Below, in pieces: positions 17,057 to 27,274 of a DNA stretch of 53,824 nt. The notes under the pieces were generated by a model. It had not been told where the DNA came from and did no database searches. It saw only the letters and a program-made list of their open reading frames with translations. How positions within the stretch are numbered: position 1 is the stretch's first letter; every line of letters starts with the position of its first letter. The DNA comes from Acidobacteriota bacterium (GTDB lineage: Bacteria > Acidobacteriota > Thermoanaerobaculia > Multivoradales > UBA5704), in NCBI GenBank assembly GCA_040005235.1, contig JBDTZG010000037.1:1-53824 (forward strand), in the 5' to 3' direction. The translations under genes and the position numbers were made by a program.

Positions 17057-17842
17057 CTATGCGGCCCGCCGGGCGATCTCGGCCTGAATTTGGGGCATCA
17101 ACGCCGGGCTTGCCGCGAGCAGGCGGGTGAGCAGCGGGTGAGGCCGATTGAAGCGTTCCTCTTCTGGAGAGCCACCGACGATCACGCCCCCGGCGGCCAG
17201 GATCAAGGCCACGCCCGCCGCGACGTCCCATTCGTGCTTCGGCACCAGGGTCCAGGTCGCGTCGGCGAGGCCGGCGGCGACCAGGCCTAGCTTGTAGGCT
17301 ACGGAACCGATTGGGCGGATCTCCAGCCCTGAGTCGCGGAACGCCTCCCACTGGCCTCGCCCCACTTCGCTGCGGCTGGCGAGCACGACCGCGCCGGCCA
17401 GCTCGGTCCGGGGGGAAAGTCCCACAGGTTGGCCGTTCAACTTCACACCGTGACCCAGGGCGCCGAGGATCAACTGATCCGTCGCGGGGTTCAGGATGCC
17501 GCCGGCCACCGGCCGGCCGTCTTCGACCAGGCCGACCGAAACCGACCACTCGGGCAAACCTTGCACGAACTCCTTCGTGCCATCCAGCGGATCGACCACC
17601 CAGACCCGCCGAGCGGAAAGCCGCGCGGGATCGTCGAGCGTCTCTTCCGAAAGCCACCCCTCGCCGTTTTGGGGCAGCATCTCTTTGAGCAGGGCATCGA
17701 CCGCCGTGTCGGCCTCGGTGACCGGATCGCCGCCCGATTTCTTCTGGGCGTCGACGGCTCCCGGGGTGAAACGGGCGAGAAGCTCGCGCGCCTTGGCCAA
17801 GGCGGCTTCGATCCGCGCAAGCTCCTCTCCGTATCCGCCCAT
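17057..17842 (-). CDS. cysQ: 3'(2'),5'-bisphosphate nucleotidase CysQ / inositol monophosphatase family
   Basis: DPVTEAD, LSEE, WVVDPLDGTKEF and EWDVAAG. Translationally coupled to sat-cysC. Confidence 0.85.
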   Translation of the reverse strand: MGGYGEELARIEAALAKARELLARFTPGAVDAQKKSGGDPVTEADTAVDALLKEMLPQNGEGWLSEETLDDPARLSARRVWVVDPLDGTKEFVQGLPEWSVSVGLVEDGRPVAGGILNPATDQLILGALGHGVKLNGQPVGLSPRTELAGAVVLASRSEVGRGQWEAFRDSGLEIRPIGSVAYKLGLVAAGLADATWTLVPKHEWDVAAGVALILAAGGVIVGGSPEEERFNRPHPLLTRLLAASPALMPQIQAEIARRAA

Positions 17843-19608
17843 CAGCGCTCTCCGCGGGCGCCGATATAGCCTTCCTTCTCAAGATAGAGAAGGATCTCCT
17901 GCGCCGCTTCGTCCGGCGAGAGGCCGTCCGTGTCGATCACCAGCTCCGCATCGGTCGGGACTTCGTACGGATCGGAGATGCCGGTGAACTCCTTGACGAT
18001 TCCGGCGCGCGCCTTGGCGTAGAGCCCTTTGCGATCGCGGCTCTCGCACACTTCGAGCGAGGTCGCGACGTGGAGCAGGGCGAAACCGCCGACCGGCGCG
18101 ATCATTCCCCGCACCTCCTTGCGCACCGCGTCGTACGGCGCGATCGGAGCACAGATCGCGATGCCACCGTTCTTGGTGATCTCGGAGGCGACGTAGCCGA
18201 TCCGCCGGATGTTGATGTCGCGGTGCTCCTTGGAGAAGTTCAGCTCGGAGGAGAGGTGCTTCCTCACCATGTCGCCGTCGAGCAGGGTTACCGGCCGGCC
18301 GCCCATTTCGAGCAGCTTGACCAGGAGGGCGTTGGCGATCGTCGACTTGCCCGAACCCGAAAGCCCGGTCATGAAGATCGTGAACCCTTGCGCCTTCCGA
18401 GGCGGATGGGTGCGGCGCAGCTCGGTCGCGACTTCGGGGAAGGTGAACCAGGAGGGGATTTCCAGCCCCTCGGTCAGGCGGCGGCGCAGCTCCGTGCCCG
18501 ACAGGTCGAGCGCGCGCGAGCCTTCCGGGATCTGGTCGTCGGGGAAATAGCTGTCGCGATCCTCGACGTAGACCAGGTTCTGGAAGGGCACCATCTCGAC
18601 GCCGATCTCTGCGGCATGTTCTTTGAGCAGATCCTGGGCGTCGTAGGGACCGTAGAACGGCTTGCCGTTCGAGTCCTTGCCCGGCCCGGCGTGATCGCGG
18701 CCGACGATGAAGTGGGTGCAGCCGTGGTTCTTGCGCACGATCGCGTGGAGCAGCGCCTCGCGCGGACCGGCCATCCGCATCGCCAGGTTCAACAGGGCGA
18801 GCATCGCGGTCTGCTGGGGATAGCGATTGAAAATCGCCTGGTAGCAGCGGACGCGCGTGTAGTGGTCGAGGTCGCCCGGCTTGGTCATGCCGACCACCGG
18901 GTGGACCAACAGGTTCGCCTGCGCTTCGCGGGCCGCGCCGAGAGTCAGCTCGAAGTGGGCGCGATGCATGGGATTCCGGGTCTGGAACGCCACCACCCGG
19001 CGCCAGCCGCGGCGCACGAACGAGGCGCGCACTTCAGCCGGAGAGAGGCGCATGGTGCGGTAGTCGTAATGGGTGGGCAGCTGGAGCGCCTCGATTCGCC
19101 CGCCGACGAACACCGGGTTCGATTTCTGAATCAGGTGGGCGGCGCCCGGGTGAAGCTTGTCGGTGGTGCCGAACGCCTGCGCCGCGAGCTTCTCGCGGTC
19201 GGGGGTCCAGATGTCCTCGACGTGAAGGGCGGCGAGCATCACCCCTTCGGGATCGCGCAGGGCGAGCATGCCGCCGACGGTCAGCTTCTCGGCCAAGGCC
19301 GCGGGGATGTCGAGGTTGATCGGCAGCGGGAAGATCACCCCGTTGGCCAAGCGTATCTTTTCGCCCACCGATTCGGTGTCGGCCTGGTTCATGAAGCCGA
19401 CGAGCGGCGAGAATGAGCCGTTCGCCAGTAGCTCGAGGTCGCAGATCTGGCGCAGGTCGAGATCCAGAGACGGCCAATCGCGGGAGGCTGCTTTGAGTTC
19501 GGCGCTGCGTTCGGGGGTGGCAAGAAGGTCGATCAGGACGCCGCCGTGCGGCGGGATCAAGTGATCGGCGGAACCGGCTCCGGAGGGGGCGGGCGGAGTT
19601 TGACTCAT
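17842..19608 (-). CDS. sat/cysC: Bifunctional sulfate adenylyltransferase / APS kinase
   Basis: FQTRNPMHRAH, HFIVGRDHAG, TGLSGSGKST, LLDGD and FTGISDPYE. Confidence 0.96.
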   Translation of the reverse strand: MSQTPPAPSGAGSADHLIPPHGGVLIDLLATPERSAELKAASRDWPSLDLDLRQICDLELLANGSFSPLVGFMNQADTESVGEKIRLANGVIFPLPINLDIPAALAEKLTVGGMLALRDPEGVMLAALHVEDIWTPDREKLAAQAFGTTDKLHPGAAHLIQKSNPVFVGGRIEALQLPTHYDYRTMRLSPAEVRASFVRRGWRRVVAFQTRNPMHRAHFELTLGAAREAQANLLVHPVVGMTKPGDLDHYTRVRCYQAIFNRYPQQTAMLALLNLAMRMAGPREALLHAIVRKNHGCTHFIVGRDHAGPGKDSNGKPFYGPYDAQDLLKEHAAEIGVEMVPFQNLVYVEDRDSYFPDDQIPEGSRALDLSGTELRRRLTEGLEIPSWFTFPEVATELRRTHPPRKAQGFTIFMTGLSGSGKSTIANALLVKLLEMGGRPVTLLDGDMVRKHLSSELNFSKEHRDINIRRIGYVASEITKNGGIAICAPIAPYDAVRKEVRGMIAPVGGFALLHVATSLEVCESRDRKGLYAKARAGIVKEFTGISDPYEVPTDAELVIDTDGLSPDEAAQEILLYLEKEGYIGARGER

Positions 19609-19783
19609 AACGGAAGGAAACCTCTCTCAGGGGGGGTCGCGAAGGCCTGCGGTGAAGGGGCAAGCCGGGTGAGGAGCAGACGAGCGGCGGCACCGCGAGC
19701 GAACCCGCGTTTCTGGCCACCAAGCTACAGAGTGCAGGAAAGGCCCCGAGGCGGGACCAAACGGCGACTTTCGGGTTTGCGGG

Positions 19784-20434
19784 CTACGGACTCGCCGGGG
19801 AGGGGTTCGGGTCTTCGTCGGTGACGATCGCGGTCGTCGTGAACAGCGGACCGAAGATCGCGCGCTTCTGCCAGAAGGCGACGACGCAGGTGCGACAGAG
19901 GTTGTCGGCCCGCAGCACACCGCCGGCATCGATCCGCGACACGATCCCGTCGCAGAGGAAACCGAGCACGGAGCGGCGGTTTTGCGGCTGCACGGTCTCG
20001 CCGATGACCAGGTTTTCGGCCTGGCCCAGCTCTTTTTCGGTGAGCGGCAGCTTGCAATCCTGCCGGTCCTTCACGGAGACCATGGCGACCTTCGAGCGCG
20101 AAATCTCCTTGCCGTCCGCGGTCACGACGGAGCCGTAGTACTCGACCATTTCGTTGCGCCGCTCGGGTTTCGGCAGCACGGTCCAATAGCGCCCGTTGCC
20201 CTTGCCGGTCATCGGCACGAAGTAGTTGTCGCCGCGGTCCTTCCAACGGAAATAGAGCCGGACCAAAGATCCGCCGACCTCGGGCGACACCTTCGCTGTG
20301 ATCACGCCGTTGTCTTCAGACGGCAGACAGGAGGTCGGATCGACCGTGATCATGGGAACCTGCGCGCGGGCAGCAGCGGCGAGCGCGAAGAGAATGGCGC
20401 CGAAGAGAATGATGGAAGTGCGGGTCGTTTTCAT
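19784..20434 (-). CDS. Hypothetical secreted protein with several cysteines
   Basis: Signal peptide MKTTRTSIILFGAILFALAAAARA and a beta-rich body. Last gene of the export operon. Confidence 0.7.
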   Translation of the reverse strand: MKTTRTSIILFGAILFALAAAARAQVPMITVDPTSCLPSEDNGVITAKVSPEVGGSLVRLYFRWKDRGDNYFVPMTGKGNGRYWTVLPKPERRNEMVEYYGSVVTADGKEISRSKVAMVSVKDRQDCKLPLTEKELGQAENLVIGETVQPQNRRSVLGFLCDGIVSRIDAGGVLRADNLCRTCVVAFWQKRAIFGPLFTTTAIVTDEDPNPSPASP

Positions 20435-20522
20435 GGGGCTGATCTCCAAACACGAGAGATACCAGAATTTAGCGCCGTTAGGAAAGCGGCGTCAAGCACG
20501 GGCGAAACGGGAGGGCGGAAGC

Positions 20523-21896
20523 TCACGGCCCTTCCTCGCGCAAAATCTTGCGGGTGTATTCGTCGACGAACGGGGAGGGCTGCAAATTGGGCAGCGACCG
20601 CCTGAGGATCGTCGCGGCGCCCCGGCGATCTCCCGATTCGAACAGAGAAACGGCGAAGTAAAACAACAGCTCCGGGCGATCGTCCCCCGGATCGCCCGCC
20701 CGGCGGAAATAGCTCGCGGCCTCTACCCAGCGGGAATTCCGGTAGGCCGCTTCGGCCATCAGCAGCTGGGCGTCGCGCCAATCGGGATGGGCGTCGGCGA
20801 TCGGCTTCGCCAGCTCGCGCGCACGCTTTAAATCCCGGGTCGGCGCCTCGGGACCGAGAAAACCGCGCACCTTTCCGAAGCTCTCGCGCTCTTTGGCGGT
20901 CGGCTCAGAGGTCGAGGGCCGGCCCGAGGGAAGGGTCGGGGGCGTTGCCGGGGGAACGGGCTTGGCGGCCGGTGGGGCGGCCGCGGTGGAAGGAGAGGGG
21001 GACAGAAGGGGGGCAGAGACCGCTGCGTCGTCCAGCGGCAGCTGACGCACCAAGCGGGAGAGTTCGCGGTCGTCGAGCAGCGCCTGCGGCAGACCGGCGA
21101 CGAAGGTGCGCGCTTCGGCCCAGCTCTTGCGCTCGACCAGACAACCGAGGCGGGCGGCGGCGGGGGTCGCAAACTGGGTCGTTTCGGCGCAGTCGGACAG
21201 GTCGGGCAGCGCTTCGGCGCAGGCGCCGAGCCGTGCTTGGGCCAGGCCGCGCAGGCAGATCGCGCGCGACTCTTCGGGCGCGAGTCCTAGGGCGGTCTGG
21301 GCGGCGGACAAGGCGAGCGCCGGTCTGCCCTCGGTCACCTCCAGCCGCCCGAGCAGAATGCGCCAGATCGGGTTCTTCGGATCGGCGGCGATCCGCTTTT
21401 GCAGCTCCCCGCGGCGCGCTTTCGGCGCCAGCGCTTCGACCTTGGCCGCATCCTTCTCTCCGCGGAGGCGGGCGAAGGCGGGCGAAGCGAGAAGCATCTC
21501 TTCGGGAATTCGTGCCGCCGCCTGGGCTTCGAAGGCCTTGCGCACCACGGGCGGCAGATCCGCCTGGGTGTAGCCCGAATAGCCGGTTTCGACCTCGGTC
21601 AACCGTCGGAAGCTCTCGCGAAAGCCATCGCCGTCACCGCTCTGCGCCTGCGCCACCGCGAGCCGGGTGAGGCAGCCGCCAAGGGCTTTCGGCTCGTCGA
21701 GCAGGCCGAAGCAGGCGAGCTGCAGCCAGCGCGCGGCGGTCGGGTAGTCGCCGCGATCGTAGGCTTGAACCCCGTCCGAATTGAGGCTCCGATAGAACGG
21801 ATCGATCGCCGCCACCGCGGGACGCTCGACGAGGACCGGGCCAAAAACTCCGAGCACCGCTCCAAGCAACGCGAAATTTCGGAGCCGAACGTTCAT
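20523..21896 (-). CDS. Secreted tetratricopeptide-repeat protein, 457 aa
   Basis: ATG 21896 overlaps the phosphatase stop (ATGA). Signal peptide, TPR-like helices and a Pro-rich linker. Confidence 0.75.
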   Translation of the reverse strand: MNVRLRNFALLGAVLGVFGPVLVERPAVAAIDPFYRSLNSDGVQAYDRGDYPTAARWLQLACFGLLDEPKALGGCLTRLAVAQAQSGDGDGFRESFRRLTEVETGYSGYTQADLPPVVRKAFEAQAAARIPEEMLLASPAFARLRGEKDAAKVEALAPKARRGELQKRIAADPKNPIWRILLGRLEVTEGRPALALSAAQTALGLAPEESRAICLRGLAQARLGACAEALPDLSDCAETTQFATPAAARLGCLVERKSWAEARTFVAGLPQALLDDRELSRLVRQLPLDDAAVSAPLLSPSPSTAAAPPAAKPVPPATPPTLPSGRPSTSEPTAKERESFGKVRGFLGPEAPTRDLKRARELAKPIADAHPDWRDAQLLMAEAAYRNSRWVEAASYFRRAGDPGDDRPELLFYFAVSLFESGDRRGAATILRRSLPNLQPSPFVDEYTRKILREEGP

Positions 21897-22672
21897 CGGA
21901 CCTCCCGACCGGCGGCGGTTTCGATCCGACCGGCCGGGGAGAGTCCGGCGAGCGGCTGGTCTGCGACCACGGCGCGCGGATTCAGGTCGAAAATCCGTTC
22001 GGCTAACTCGTCGCCGTAGCGTGCCTCGATCAGCCGGCGGGCGCGGGAAAGTCCGGGCCTCCGCCGCGTCATCCCATGACAGTCGCTGGCGACGAAATGA
22101 ACCAGGCCGCTGTCGAGCAGCTGATGGACGTCGCTTTGCGCCCGCCGCCCGAACTCGCCCGTGACGCTCATCGCGGTGACCTGAACGGCGGCGCCGAGCC
22201 CCACCAGCCGGGCCACCAGGTCGGGCTCGTCGGCGAGCCAGGGGATCAGCTCGGGGTGCGCGAGGATCGGTCGCCAGCCGGAAACCGCGAGTTCGTGGAT
22301 CAGCTCGTAGGTGTCGCGCGGCATGGCATTGACGTCCAGCTCCAAGAGCAGCCAGCGCGACCGGGCGAGCGGCAACACGCCGCACTCCTCGCCGGGCGCG
22401 GCGAGAAAGTCGTCGAGAAACCGCCGGTCGACGTGAATTTCGCCGCCCGGATAGAGCGCGATCTGAAGCCCCACTTCGCGCTCGATCCGCTCTCGGAGGG
22501 CGTCGAGCAGCTCGATGTCGTCGTTCCACCAACTGCCGCGGCGTTGGTGCGGTGTGGCGACCAATCCGGTGCAACCGTCGAGCGCCGCGTGGCGGCACAT
22601 GGCGACCGCTTCGGCGAAATTCTCGGCACCGTCGTCGATGCCGGGGAGGAAATGGCTGTGTAGATCGATCAT
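21893..22672 (-). CDS. PHP-family protein-tyrosine phosphatase (CpsB/CapC/YwqE type)
   Basis: MIDLHSHFLPGIDDGA, ATPH, ILAHPE and ASDCH. Confidence 0.93.
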   Translation of the reverse strand: MIDLHSHFLPGIDDGAENFAEAVAMCRHAALDGCTGLVATPHQRRGSWWNDDIELLDALRERIEREVGLQIALYPGGEIHVDRRFLDDFLAAPGEECGVLPLARSRWLLLELDVNAMPRDTYELIHELAVSGWRPILAHPELIPWLADEPDLVARLVGLGAAVQVTAMSVTGEFGRRAQSDVHQLLDSGLVHFVASDCHGMTRRRPGLSRARRLIEARYGDELAERIFDLNPRAVVADQPLAGLSPAGRIETAAGREVR

Positions 22673-22686
22673 CCGAGTCCCGGGCG

Positions 22687-24960
22687 TCAGACCGCCTGGG
22701 CCTCCTTCTCATAGCCGCCGTACGATTCGTAATACCGGGTCTTTCGGCCGTAGCGGGCCGCTTCGGAACGATGCCGATTGAGCACCACGCCAAGGATTCG
22801 CAGCTCCGCCATGCGTAGGCGCTCGGCGCAATCCTTGGCGTCCTCGCGAGTCACCTTGCCGGCGCGGAAGGTGAGCACGAGACCGTCGGACAGCGCGCCG
22901 ACGATCGTCGCATCGGTCACCGCGAGCGACGGAGGGGTGTCGATGATCACGTAATCGAACCGGGCGCGCATGGCGTTCAACCACTCGCGCATCCGGTCCG
23001 AAGAGAGCAGCTCCGAAGGGTTGGGCGGGATCGGACCGGAAGGGATCAGCCAGAGATTGGGTATGCCGGTTTCGGCGAACACCGCGTCGGGCTCGACCAC
23101 CCCCGTGAGCTGGTTGACCAGGCCGGTCCGATTCGACACCTTGAACACCTGATGCATGCGCGGCTTGCGCAGGTCGGCGTCGACGATCAGGACGCGCCGG
23201 CCGAGCTGCGCCAAGACCACGCCGAGGTTTGAGGTCGTCGCGGTCTTGCCTTCGCCGGCCGTGGCCGAGGTGACGGCGATCACCTTGAGCTCTTCGGCGG
23301 TGGAAAGGAGCAGCGAGGTGCGCAGAGAGCGATAGACCTCGGAGATCGGCGAACGCGGCCGGTCGTGGGGCACCAGCTCGATCTGCTCGCGATCCGAAGC
23401 CGAGGCTTTGGCCCGATCGGCCGCCCCCTTGCCGGTCTTGCCGCCGCGCGCCCCTTTCGCCGGCTCGGTACCGTACCCATAGACCCGGCCGGTCTCGGAG
23501 ATGTCGGGCACCACGGCGAGCGTCGGCAGCTTGAGCCGCCGCTCGATCTCTTCCGGCGACTTGATCGTCCGGTCGAGGAATTCGATCAGGAACGCGATGC
23601 CGACCCCGAGCAGCAGACCGAGCATCAGCCCGTAGGTGACGTCCTGGCGCAGCGAGGGGCGGAACGGGCCGCCGGGCATGAGCGCCGAATCGATGATCCG
23701 GATGTTCGAGTCGCGCGTCCCCTGGAGCCGCGCCGAGACCTCGGTCTCCGACTGCTTCTTGAGCAGCTCGTCGAACATCTGGCGGCGGGTCTCGATCTCC
23801 ACCTTGAGGTTGGTGTACTCGACCGCGGCGGAGCTCTGGTTGATCGCCTCGCCCTTGCTTCGGTCGACCTCGGCGGAAAGGGTCTGCTCCTGGCGCAGCG
23901 CGGTCTGGTATTCGGCGTAGGCGTCGCTGCGCGCCCGCGCGCCCATCTCCTCGATCAGCCCCTTCAAATGCTGCTGGCCCTTCTCGATGTCCGCCTTGAG
24001 CGTGACCATCGCCGGCCAATCGGGCTTGTAGGTCTTGAGCTTGGTCTCGTAGTCGCGCTCCATCTTGAGCTGGTTCGAGCGCAGCTCTGAGACCACTCCG
24101 CCGGACAAGCTGTCGGCCACCGATTCCTTGGCCGCGATCTGCAGCTCGTGGAAACGCGCCTCCTTCTCGATCCGGACTCGCTTGGCTCCCAGGTAATCGG
24201 TGTTGAGCGTTTCGAGCCGCTTCAAGACGTCGTTCGACGCCGGATCGACGCCGCCCACGATGTCGCTGTTGCGGCTGAAGCGCTGCAGCTCGTTTTCTTT
24301 ATCCTGGATCTCCGATTTGAGGGTCTCGATCTGCGACGACAGAAAGGAGGACGCCTTGCCGGCCGAGGTGTAGCGATCCTCGATCCCGAGATCGATGTAG
24401 GCCTCCGCGAAGGCGTTGGCGACCCGCGCGGCGTCCGCCGGGATTTTCGAGCGATAGCCGATCCGGACCAGCGAGGTGTTGCGGATCGGCTCGACCGACA
24501 GGCCGCCGAGCAACCCTTGGGCGGCCGCGCCGAGCGACGCCGCGTCGTCGGCGGCGCTGGCTGGCGTTCCGGGTGGCTTCGTCGGATCGGATGTTGCCCG
24601 CTCGCCGCGACTGTGGGTCAGATCGAGGTTGCGCACCACCCGTTCGGCCAGGCCGCGGCTGCGCAGCAGCTCATATTGGGTGGGATAGAACTCGATGTTC
24701 CAGTAGTTGTCCCAGGTGTTTTGTTCCGAGAGGACCGGCGCCGCGCTCTTGCGTTCGATCTGAACGGTTGCGGTCGCCATGTACTCCTTCGGCGTGATCG
24801 AGTAGTGCGCCACCCCGAGCACCAGGGCGGTGATCGAACAGGCCGCGATCATCCGCCAATGACGGCGCAACATGCCGACGTATTCTGCGATGTCGAATTC
24901 AGATTCGGCCGGCTCGCCAATCAGCTCGAGCGCCGGATCTCTAAACGGCAGGTTTTTCAA
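22687..24960 (-). CDS. wzc: Polysaccharide co-polymerase / BY-kinase Wzc
   Basis: Two TM segments, a coiled coil, SEVYRSLRT, Walker A GEGKT, IVDADLRKP, IIDTPP and a Tyr-rich tail. TTG start overlaps the OPX stop. Confidence 0.93.
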   Translation of the reverse strand: MKNLPFRDPALELIGEPAESEFDIAEYVGMLRRHWRMIAACSITALVLGVAHYSITPKEYMATATVQIERKSAAPVLSEQNTWDNYWNIEFYPTQYELLRSRGLAERVVRNLDLTHSRGERATSDPTKPPGTPASAADDAASLGAAAQGLLGGLSVEPIRNTSLVRIGYRSKIPADAARVANAFAEAYIDLGIEDRYTSAGKASSFLSSQIETLKSEIQDKENELQRFSRNSDIVGGVDPASNDVLKRLETLNTDYLGAKRVRIEKEARFHELQIAAKESVADSLSGGVVSELRSNQLKMERDYETKLKTYKPDWPAMVTLKADIEKGQQHLKGLIEEMGARARSDAYAEYQTALRQEQTLSAEVDRSKGEAINQSSAAVEYTNLKVEIETRRQMFDELLKKQSETEVSARLQGTRDSNIRIIDSALMPGGPFRPSLRQDVTYGLMLGLLLGVGIAFLIEFLDRTIKSPEEIERRLKLPTLAVVPDISETGRVYGYGTEPAKGARGGKTGKGAADRAKASASDREQIELVPHDRPRSPISEVYRSLRTSLLLSTAEELKVIAVTSATAGEGKTATTSNLGVVLAQLGRRVLIVDADLRKPRMHQVFKVSNRTGLVNQLTGVVEPDAVFAETGIPNLWLIPSGPIPPNPSELLSSDRMREWLNAMRARFDYVIIDTPPSLAVTDATIVGALSDGLVLTFRAGKVTREDAKDCAERLRMAELRILGVVLNRHRSEAARYGRKTRYYESYGGYEKEAQAV

Positions 24961-25784
24961 AAAAAGGACTCCTTCACCACCAGGACATCCCCTTCGACCA
25001 ACGCGACGTCCTGATCCTTGCCGGACAGGACTCGCTTGTAGTCCACGACGATCTCGCGCGGTCCGCCGGCCGTGCGTTTGATCGTCAGCCGGTTCGCCGC
25101 GCGATCGGAAAGTCCGCCCGCCCGAGCGATCGCGGCGAGCAGGGTGATTCGATCGGTGCTCTTGAAGGTCAGGGCACCCGGACGCGCGACCTCGCCCAGA
25201 CAATAGATGTTTACTTCGACGGCGGTCGGAACGTTGATCAGATCGCTCGCCAGGATCGGGATGTTGACCCGCGGATCGGCGCGCACGAGCAGGTCGGAGA
25301 CGTCGATCGCCACCTGATCCGACAAACCGTTTTCAGCCTTGCGCAGGACGTAGATCCGATTGCCGTGGTTTTCGGCCAGGCCGCCCGCGGCGGTGAGCGC
25401 TTCGATCAGCGTCCAGCGGCCGGAAAACGCGAGGTTGCCCGGAGTCTTCACCGCTCCGATCACCGAGATCGGCTTCGAACGGAACTCGGTCACCTCGACC
25501 GCGGTCGAGGCACGTTGGAGCAATTTCACTTCGAGCAGCGCCTTCAAGCGGAGGGCCAGCTCCTCTTCGGTCAATCCGGCCGCGGGCACATCGCCGATCA
25601 GCGGCAGGTTGATCTGGCCGTTTTCGCTCACCCGCCGGTCGACGTTCAGCTCCGGTACCTCGAAGACCTGAATCTTCAGCTGATCCTTCGGACCAATGCG
25701 ATAGCCGGGGTTCTTGGACTGCGCGCCCACGGAAGCCCCGGAGAGACCGAGAGCCAAAGCGAGCAATAGGGCTGATTTTTGCAT
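24957..25784 (-). CDS. wza: Polysaccharide export OPX protein (Wza-like, short form)
   Basis: YRIGPKDQLKIQVF, G.I.LPLIG.V.AAGLT and two SLBB repeats. No lipobox Cys. Ends at VVKESFF. Confidence 0.9.
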   Translation of the reverse strand: MQKSALLLALALGLSGASVGAQSKNPGYRIGPKDQLKIQVFEVPELNVDRRVSENGQINLPLIGDVPAAGLTEEELALRLKALLEVKLLQRASTAVEVTEFRSKPISVIGAVKTPGNLAFSGRWTLIEALTAAGGLAENHGNRIYVLRKAENGLSDQVAIDVSDLLVRADPRVNIPILASDLINVPTAVEVNIYCLGEVARPGALTFKSTDRITLLAAIARAGGLSDRAANRLTIKRTAGGPREIVVDYKRVLSGKDQDVALVEGDVLVVKESFF

Positions 25785-25895
25785 GTCTCGAAAGCCTGTG
25801 TTCTTGATGCGATGCCTCTGCGTTTCGACCAAAGTCCTCAAAATGAATTCAAATTCTATGCCTGAAGTCCCGGAAGCGCCAGAGATCCCGGCGCT

Positions 25896-27206
25896 TTAGC
25901 CTCCGTCGCCGCTGCGTAAGGTCAGGCCGGCACCGATCGTGGTGACCGAACGATCGAAGCCGGGCCGATCCGAAGTGAGATCGATCCGGTGGAAGCGGAT
26001 GCCGAAAGAAGAGGAGCGCCCGGTGGCCAGGTTGAGCTCCGCGCCGTAGGCACGCAGGTCGTCCCGGCGTTCCGGAGTGCCCAGAACGGCCACCCGGTAG
26101 GTGTCGCGTCCCAGCTCGGCAAACGCTCGGAGGCTGGTCCGACGGCTCGCCTTCCAGGTCAGGGCGCCGCCGACGCGATCGTCCTCCAGATAGGAATATC
26201 CGGAGGCGAGCGTATAGACGATGCCCCGGCTGCCGTAGACGGAGGTCGACAGCCGGCTGCCGGTGCCGAAACCCGCGGCGAGCTTCGCCGTGGTCGAGCT
26301 GAACGGCACGAAGCTCGATCCCGGGCGCGGGTCCGCGGAGCGCGCCGCGATTTCCAAGGTGAAGAAACGGTCGTCGTTCTGCTGGCTGAGCACCAGAAAC
26401 GGCGAGGTGCCGAAGTTGGAACGATCCGTCCGCTCGGGTGCGTCGACGAAGTCGATCACCGCGTGCTCGACTCCGGCACCGATCGAAAATCCGCGGGGCA
26501 ACCGGTAGCGGGCGCCGCCGCGGAGCAGGCTCTCGTCTCGGTCGAATTGGTCGAAAGGAGCCTCGCCCGGCGCCCGCGATGCCAAATTGCGCAGCCCGAT
26601 TCTTTCCGCCCCGGCGAAGAGAGAGATCCGGTCGGTGACCCTGAAGTCGAGCGCCAGGGCACCCCGATCGCTCCGCGCCTGCGTGAGCTCCGCGACTTCG
26701 GGCGAAACGAATTTTTGCTCTTGAACCCGGTCGGCGGTCGCTTCGAGGGTCAGGTGGTTCCAAAACGCGTAGGCACCCAAGCCATATCGCCCGTTGAGCC
26801 GCCGCCGGTCGGCGTTGTCTCGCCACCAGACGTACTCGGGCAGAGCCTGGATCCGCCAATAGACTTTGGGTCCGGTGCGGAAATACGCCCGGAGTCCGGC
26901 GCCCGCCGTGCCGGTCAGGTCTCCCTTCTTGCCGTCGCTCGCCCCGAAGGCGTTGTCGACGTATTGAATGTCCCGTAGCTCCCACCAAGGGGACAACCGG
27001 ACCGGACCGAGATGCCAGCGCGCAGATTCCGAGGCGTTCTTGAGCGCCCCCTTGCGATCGGCGGGCGGTTCGATCACGCCGCCGGGAGGTCTATACTCGT
27101 CAAATTGAGCCAATGCAGGGGCGGCGATCGACGCCACTCCGACAAGGAATAGAAATGCGAGCGGGCGGCCGGTCTTCCGGCGGAACGAGGCTAGGGGATT
27201 TTGCAC
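25896..27206 (-). CDS. Outer-membrane beta-barrel protein of the polysaccharide export locus
   Basis: Signal peptide, YVDNAF motif and alternating aromatic/Gly beta strands. Lies directly upstream of the OPX gene. Confidence 0.75.
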   Translation of the reverse strand: MQNPLASFRRKTGRPLAFLFLVGVASIAAPALAQFDEYRPPGGVIEPPADRKGALKNASESARWHLGPVRLSPWWELRDIQYVDNAFGASDGKKGDLTGTAGAGLRAYFRTGPKVYWRIQALPEYVWWRDNADRRRLNGRYGLGAYAFWNHLTLEATADRVQEQKFVSPEVAELTQARSDRGALALDFRVTDRISLFAGAERIGLRNLASRAPGEAPFDQFDRDESLLRGGARYRLPRGFSIGAGVEHAVIDFVDAPERTDRSNFGTSPFLVLSQQNDDRFFTLEIAARSADPRPGSSFVPFSSTTAKLAAGFGTGSRLSTSVYGSRGIVYTLASGYSYLEDDRVGGALTWKASRRTSLRAFAELGRDTYRVAVLGTPERRDDLRAYGAELNLATGRSSSFGIRFHRIDLTSDRPGFDRSVTTIGAGLTLRSGDGG

Positions 27207-27274
27207 GAAGACCTCCGACCCCGGATGTTAGACCGGCGGTGCAGCCGCCCGGGCGTTCTGGGAACGGTCGCGCG

